From NCBI GenBank assembly GCA_043789005.1, contig JAYWIH010000029.1, positions 3,051 through 67,050 on the forward strand: a stretch of DNA of 64,000 bases, in the 5' to 3' direction. Source of the stretch: Sphingobacteriales bacterium. Its GTDB lineage: Bacteria > Bacteroidota > Bacteroidia > Cytophagales > 172606-1. The number at the start of each line of letters is the position of its first letter. The first letter of the stretch is position 1. Shown here piece after piece: positions 59,714 to 64,000 of this stretch. Made by a program: the position numbers and the translations under genes. The notes under the pieces were generated by a model. It did not search any database. It was not told the origin of the DNA and worked only from the letters and a program-made list of their open reading frames with translations.

Positions 59714-59962
59714 ATGGAAAAGACATTCAGACGTTCACAGGCCGACAAGATATTGTTCGGCGTTTGCGGAGGCATCGGCCAGTATCTCAACGTGGATCCG
59801 CTCATTGTCAGGATTGTTTTTGCGGTGGCATTTTTTCTCGGCCTTGGCTCGCCGCTGCTCATCTACCTGATCTTGGCGTTGGTGACGCCCAAAGACCGGC
59901 CGGCTTTGCCTCCTCCGGACAGACTATCTGCCGGGGAAGAAACGGCTTTGAAAATGGATTGA
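59714..59962 (+). CDS. PspC domain protein
   Basis: RRSQADKILFGVCGGIGQYLNVDPLIVRI. Confidence 0.9.
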   Translation: MEKTFRRSQADKILFGVCGGIGQYLNVDPLIVRIVFAVAFFLGLGSPLLIYLILALVTPKDRPALPPPDRLSAGEETALKMD

Positions 59963-59984
59963 ACGAAGAATATGAACGTGATTT

Positions 59985-60467
59985 ATGGCTGAAACCCTTA
60001 TCATCCCGACCAACACCGACCGGCGCGAAATTTATACAAGCCTGCTGCCACAACTCGAAGCCCTGACCAGTGGCGAACCGGACTTGGTGGCCAACTTGGC
60101 CAATATTGCCGCCGCGCTGAAACAGGCTTTCGGCTTTTTCTGGGTGGGATTCTATCTGGTCAAAGGCAATGAACTGGTGCTCGGGCCGTTCCAGGGGCCG
60201 GTTGCCTGCACCCGCATCGCCTTTGGCCGGGGCGTGTGCGGCCACTGCTACCGCACACGCGCCACCGTCATCGTGCCTGATGTGGAACAGTTTCCGGGCC
60301 ACATTGCTTGTGCAGCCGATTCCAAATCGGAGATTGTGGTGCCGGTTTTCAAAGGCGGCGAAGTCTTTGCCGTCCTTGACGTGGACAGCGACCGGCTCAA
60401 CGACTTCGACGAAACGGACAAGGAAGGATTGGAAAGCCTCATGCGCTTGGTGGAGAAGCTGGTGTAA
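59985..60467 (+). CDS. msrC: GAF domain protein (free methionine-R-sulfoxide reductase)
   Basis: FWVGFY, LGPFQGPVACTRI..GRGVCG, FPGHIAC, SEIVVP and LDVDS. Confidence 0.88.
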   Translation: MAETLIIPTNTDRREIYTSLLPQLEALTSGEPDLVANLANIAAALKQAFGFFWVGFYLVKGNELVLGPFQGPVACTRIAFGRGVCGHCYRTRATVIVPDVEQFPGHIACAADSKSEIVVPVFKGGEVFAVLDVDSDRLNDFDETDKEGLESLMRLVEKLV

Positions 60468-60603
60468 GGGTAGCTGGATTTTCTAAGTCCAGCGGTTCAG
60501 TGCACAAACAAGGCGGGTTTGGCCTTTTTGGGAGATACTATCTTGCGACGCAATTTCGGGAAAACCGCACGCCACTGGATTTGAAAAATTTCCGCTACTG
60601 GTT

Positions 60604-62232
60604 TTACGTCTGGATCACGCCCACATTGTAGCGTTTTTCCATCGGGGCGTGGTTGGCGGCTTCAATGCCAGCAGCCAGCATCCGGCGCGTTTCCAAAGGG
60701 TCAATCACGGCATCCACCCACAGGCGGGCTGCCGCGTAGTACGGCGACAACTGGCTGTCGTACTGGGTTTTGAGTTTTTCAAAGATACTATTTTCCACCT
60801 CCGGCGTAACCGTTTCGCCTTTGGCTTTCATGGCCGCCACCTGTATTTGCAGCAGCGTTTTGGCTGCCGAACTCCCGCTCATCACCGCAATCTGGGCCGT
60901 TGGCCAAGCCAGCATCAGGCGCGGGTCGTAGGCGCGGCCGCACATGGCGTAGTTTCCTGCCCCGTACGAGTTGCCGATGACGACCGTGAACTTGGGCACC
61001 ACCGAATTGGCCATGGCGTTCACCATTTTGGCCCCGTCCTTGATAATGCCGCCGTGTTCGGCGCGGCTGCCCACCATGAAACCCGACACATCCTGCAAAA
61101 ATACCAGCGGAATGCGCTGCTGGTTGCAATTCATGATGAACCGCGCCGCCTTGTCCGCCGAATCCGAATAAATCACGCCGCCCATCTGCATCTCGCCTTT
61201 CTTGGTTTTCACCATGATGCGCTGGTTGGCCACAATGCCCACCGCCCAGCCCTCGATGCGCGCGATTCCGCACAAAATCGTCTGGCCGTACTGCGGCTTG
61301 TATTCCTCAAAATCCGATGCGTCCACAATGCGCTTGATAATCTCGCGCATATCGTAGGGTTTCGTCCGGTCGGCGGGCAGGATTTGGTTTATTTCCGCCG
61401 GGTCGAGTATGGGCGGCTTGGGTTCGGCGCGGTCGAAACCGGCGGTGGGGGAGTGGCCCATCTTCGCGAAAATCCGGCGGATGGCGGCCAGGCATTCTTG
61501 GTCATTAGGATATTTGTTGTCCGTCACGCCCGAAATTTCGCAGTGCGTGACGGCTCCGCCAAGTGTCTCATTGTCCACATCCTCGCCTACGGCGGCTTTG
61601 ACCAGATACGAACCGGCCAGGAAAATGGAACCCGTGCCCTCCACAATCATCGCCTCGTCCGACATGATGGGCAAATACGCGCCGCCCGCCACGCAACTGC
61701 CCATGATGGCGGCAATTTGCACAATGCCCGCCGCCGACATCTGGGCGTTGTTGCGGAACATCCGCCCGAAATGTTCCTTGTCGGGAAAAATCTCATCCTG
61801 CAAGGGCAGGTACACGCCCGCGCTGTCCACGAGATAGACAACCGGCAGGCGGTTTTCGATGGAGATTTCTTGGGCGCGCAGGTTCTTCTTGGCCGTGATT
61901 GGAAACCAAGCCCCGGCCTTTACGGTCGCGTCGTTGGCCACGATCACGCACTGGCGGCCTTCAATCACACTGATGCCCGCCACCACGCCCCCTGATGGGC
62001 AACCGCCTTCGGTCTGGTACATCCCGTCGCCGGCCAGCGCGCCGATTTCCAGAAAGTAACTTCCATTATCTATCAGGCAGTCAATGCGTTCGCGGGCGGT
62101 GAGTTTGCCTTTTTTATGTTGGTCAGCAATTTTCTTTTCGCCGCCGCCCAGATGCACTTCCTGTAGTTTGCGTTGCAGTTGCGTAATCAGTTGCTGGCTG
62201 GATTCGTGGTTTTTGGCAATGTCTGGATTCAT
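60604..62232 (-). CDS. Acyl-CoA carboxylase carboxyltransferase subunit (methylcrotonyl-CoA carboxylase beta-like)
   Basis: GKLTARERI, ANDATVKAG, KKNLRAQEI, GSCVAGGAY and SYGAGNYAMCGRAYDPR. Confidence 0.93.
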   Translation of the reverse strand: MNPDIAKNHESSQQLITQLQRKLQEVHLGGGEKKIADQHKKGKLTARERIDCLIDNGSYFLEIGALAGDGMYQTEGGCPSGGVVAGISVIEGRQCVIVANDATVKAGAWFPITAKKNLRAQEISIENRLPVVYLVDSAGVYLPLQDEIFPDKEHFGRMFRNNAQMSAAGIVQIAAIMGSCVAGGAYLPIMSDEAMIVEGTGSIFLAGSYLVKAAVGEDVDNETLGGAVTHCEISGVTDNKYPNDQECLAAIRRIFAKMGHSPTAGFDRAEPKPPILDPAEINQILPADRTKPYDMREIIKRIVDASDFEEYKPQYGQTILCGIARIEGWAVGIVANQRIMVKTKKGEMQMGGVIYSDSADKAARFIMNCNQQRIPLVFLQDVSGFMVGSRAEHGGIIKDGAKMVNAMANSVVPKFTVVIGNSYGAGNYAMCGRAYDPRLMLAWPTAQIAVMSGSSAAKTLLQIQVAAMKAKGETVTPEVENSIFEKLKTQYDSQLSPYYAAARLWVDAVIDPLETRRMLAAGIEAANHAPMEKRYNVGVIQT

Positions 62233-62301
62233 GGTTTTTAAATTTTAAACGGTCGTTCTTCAGCGAAAGAAAAATCAGGTATTGCCCATGGAAAAGATAA
62301 A

Positions 62302-63675
62302 TTACTTTGCAACCACAACAACTTTTTCATTGTAATACTCTCTTCTGTTATGATAAGTGTAGGCTCCTGCGAGTAACAAGGTGAATATTTCCGCCAATGA
62401 ACGGGATAGCCAAATGCCACTCAATCCCATCTTAAAAAATCCGGGAAGTATCATTAAAAATAGCGCAATCATTATTGATCCTTTTGAAATATTGATCAGA
62501 GTAGAAATTGTCGATTTGCCTGTGCTCTGTAAGTAAGCCGATAAAATGTAGTTGGGGCCTGCGGCAATGAATAAAATGAAATAGAGTGACATGGCACGAC
62601 TGGCTATCTGTTTGAATTGTGGTGTTTTATTGCCTGAAAACAATGTGACCAATAAATCGGAAAATATGAACCCAGATGCTGTCATAATAAGGCCTAAAAC
62701 AAGCGTAAAAACAAGCGAAAATTTAAATATATGCAGCACTCTGTGCGGTAATTTCGCGCCAATGTTGAACGAAAGGATAGGGAGTGTTGCAATCATGGCG
62801 GCGGTAAAAAGCCTGATAAATACAAAACTTATATGGTTGACCAGTCCGAAAGTGGCAATAGCCAGGGAGCCGTAGGGAATGATGAAATAATTGATAATCA
62901 AAAGCCCGGACGAGAAGGACACTTCTGACGCAAAAGAAGGTAATCCCAAAGCCATCAATTCCTTCCATTGTTTGAGTTTCAGGGTGAATTTGAATTCTGG
63001 GAAACCGAAGTGGTTTTTTCCTTTTCGTAAATGAAGGAACAGATATAGCACCCCTGCAAAACTAGAAATGACTGTCGCGATAGAAGCACCTTTAACACCT
63101 AAATCCAGTCCAATAATTAACAATAAATCCAAAATGATATTTAGTGTGACAGCAATCAATGAAGCGTTTTTGCCAATCTTTGGCGCACCATCATTGCGAA
63201 TAAAATTACCCCAAAACATTCCTAAAAAGAAAAAAGGCAAGCCCATGAGCTGCCAAAATATATAATCGGAAGTGTTTGTGAAAAGTACTGTATCGTTAGT
63301 GCCAGCCAAAAAAGTAGCTATGGGTCTTACAAAGAAAGGCGTGCTCAGTGCAATAGTTCCTCCGAATAACAAAGCCAGGGTTGTAGCAAACTGAAAAATA
63401 TCCTGGACACTCTCATAATTTTTTGCCCCAATATTTTTGCTGATGAGAATGCCGCTCCCGATCATAATTGGAAGTGCCAACGCAATAAACATAATAACAA
63501 CAGGACCGTACAATCCTACAGCAGCCAATCCTTCTTTCCCAACTTGTTGCCCCAAAATGATTCCATTGACTGTTTGATGGAGCGTTATAGACAGAATGCT
63601 TGTCAGTGCCGGTACGTAATATTTGAAAAACAAAGACTTGATAGGAGCTTCACCCAATTCATGTGCAGCATTCAT
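62302..63675 (-). CDS. MATE family efflux transporter
   Basis: Twelve-transmembrane pattern with GKEGLAAVG and LNIILD..LGVKGASIAT; AT-rich relative to its flanks. Confidence 0.9.
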   Translation of the reverse strand: MNAAHELGEAPIKSLFFKYYVPALTSILSITLHQTVNGIILGQQVGKEGLAAVGLYGPVVIMFIALALPIMIGSGILISKNIGAKNYESVQDIFQFATTLALLFGGTIALSTPFFVRPIATFLAGTNDTVLFTNTSDYIFWQLMGLPFFFLGMFWGNFIRNDGAPKIGKNASLIAVTLNIILDLLLIIGLDLGVKGASIATVISSFAGVLYLFLHLRKGKNHFGFPEFKFTLKLKQWKELMALGLPSFASEVSFSSGLLIINYFIIPYGSLAIATFGLVNHISFVFIRLFTAAMIATLPILSFNIGAKLPHRVLHIFKFSLVFTLVLGLIMTASGFIFSDLLVTLFSGNKTPQFKQIASRAMSLYFILFIAAGPNYILSAYLQSTGKSTISTLINISKGSIMIALFLMILPGFFKMGLSGIWLSRSLAEIFTLLLAGAYTYHNRREYYNEKVVVVAK

Positions 63676-64000
63676 GATAAATTTTTTTGAAGTGGTGCGG
63701 AAAAATAGACTGTATGTTTCTTTAAAAAATGAAGTTTTGCAAAATCCCGCGCCGCCGTCGCCGGAAAAGTAGGGAAAAATCGGCAGGCACGGAAACGGCT
63801 GAAAACAAACACAGCCGATGGGGAGTCGGCTGTGAGAAATAGTATCTTTTGAATAGCCCAAACCCGCGATTTCGCGCAAGCTGAAGCATGCGCTACCGTT
63901 GCGTGGTTACTTCTTTTTCCCCTTGTCCTTCTTTCCGAAAACCGAGAAATGCACGTAGCGTTTCGGGCTTTGGCGGAAATCAACCATGAGGCTGTCCAGG

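Larger units (their letters stand above)
416..63865. repeat. Dispersed 30-bp bipartite motif RGGTTT-N13-GATACTATTTY, 49 copies
   Basis: Left coordinates of + copies: 416, 552, 2990, 3921, 4938, 15093, 16775, 16965, 19721, 22098, 22180, 23450, 25248, 26499, 32181, 32808, 36633, 43523, 44880, 48116, 49059, 51139, 51852, 59028, 60515, 60765. Left coordinates of - copies (read AAAATAGTATC-N13-AAACCY on +): 6916, 8852, 10153, 12461, 13849, 19420, 21424, 21603, 24516, 27103, 28081, 28268, 31140, 33748 (interrupted), 33871, 38278, 39973, 40903, 42817, 53768, 55313, 57581, 63836. Confidence 0.97.

Noticed and set aside
416-63865. 30-bp motif as a CRISPR repeat
   Set aside because: Copies are separated by whole genes at irregular distances, occur on both strands and vary internally, and there are no cas genes.
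416-63865. 30-bp motif as the Bacteroidota housekeeping promoter (TAnnTTTG)
   Set aside because: The core gives TATCTTTC/T rather than TTTG, orientation is unrelated to the downstream gene, and copies occur between convergent genes and mid-CDS. Real TAnnTTTG elements are seen separately.
416-63865. 30-bp motif as KOPS/Chi, dif, attC or IS ends
   Set aside because: There is no strand skew (26 versus 23), no dyad symmetry or attC-like hairpin, and no inverted pairs around a transposase or target duplications. A recombination role is kept only as a minor alternative.
1-64000. tRNA, rRNA, prophage or intact transposase
   Set aside because: No cloverleaf, rRNA-like tract, phage gene or transposase was recognised by eye.

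Overview
This 64-kb window is chromosomal DNA from a Bacteroidota bacterium, probably Cytophagales. That placement is inferred from a T9SS C-terminal domain, a GLPGLI protein, TAnnTTTG promoters and a Cys-type CcmE. It holds about 57 mostly housekeeping or envelope genes: TonB-dependent receptors, an ECF sigma/FecR module, meaB, trpEG with a Trp leader and attenuator, a GH13 amylase, xylB, ppc, ccmBCDEF, thrS, a RelE-type toxin-antitoxin pair, a SulA/CapB-like sulfonolipid enzyme, dapA, a carboxyltransferase and a MATE pump. I saw no rRNA, tRNA, CRISPR array or intact transposase. The main unexplained signal is a fixed-length, non-palindromic, bipartite 30-bp motif, RGGTTT-N13-GATACTATTTY. I counted 49 copies by eye (about 1 per 1.3 kb; 26 on +, 23 on -). 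It lies in most intergenic gaps, in frame inside six unrelated genes, and across start and stop codons. This pattern resembles the DNA uptake sequences of Pasteurellaceae and Neisseriaceae; a genome-wide protein-binding site is the main alternative. Several REP-like palindrome families also occur, one inserted into the motif and one in frame in trpE. Other signals are a three-site ECF promoter motif and a Thr-anticodon-like hairpin upstream of thrS. All gene calls come from recognising motifs, with no database search.
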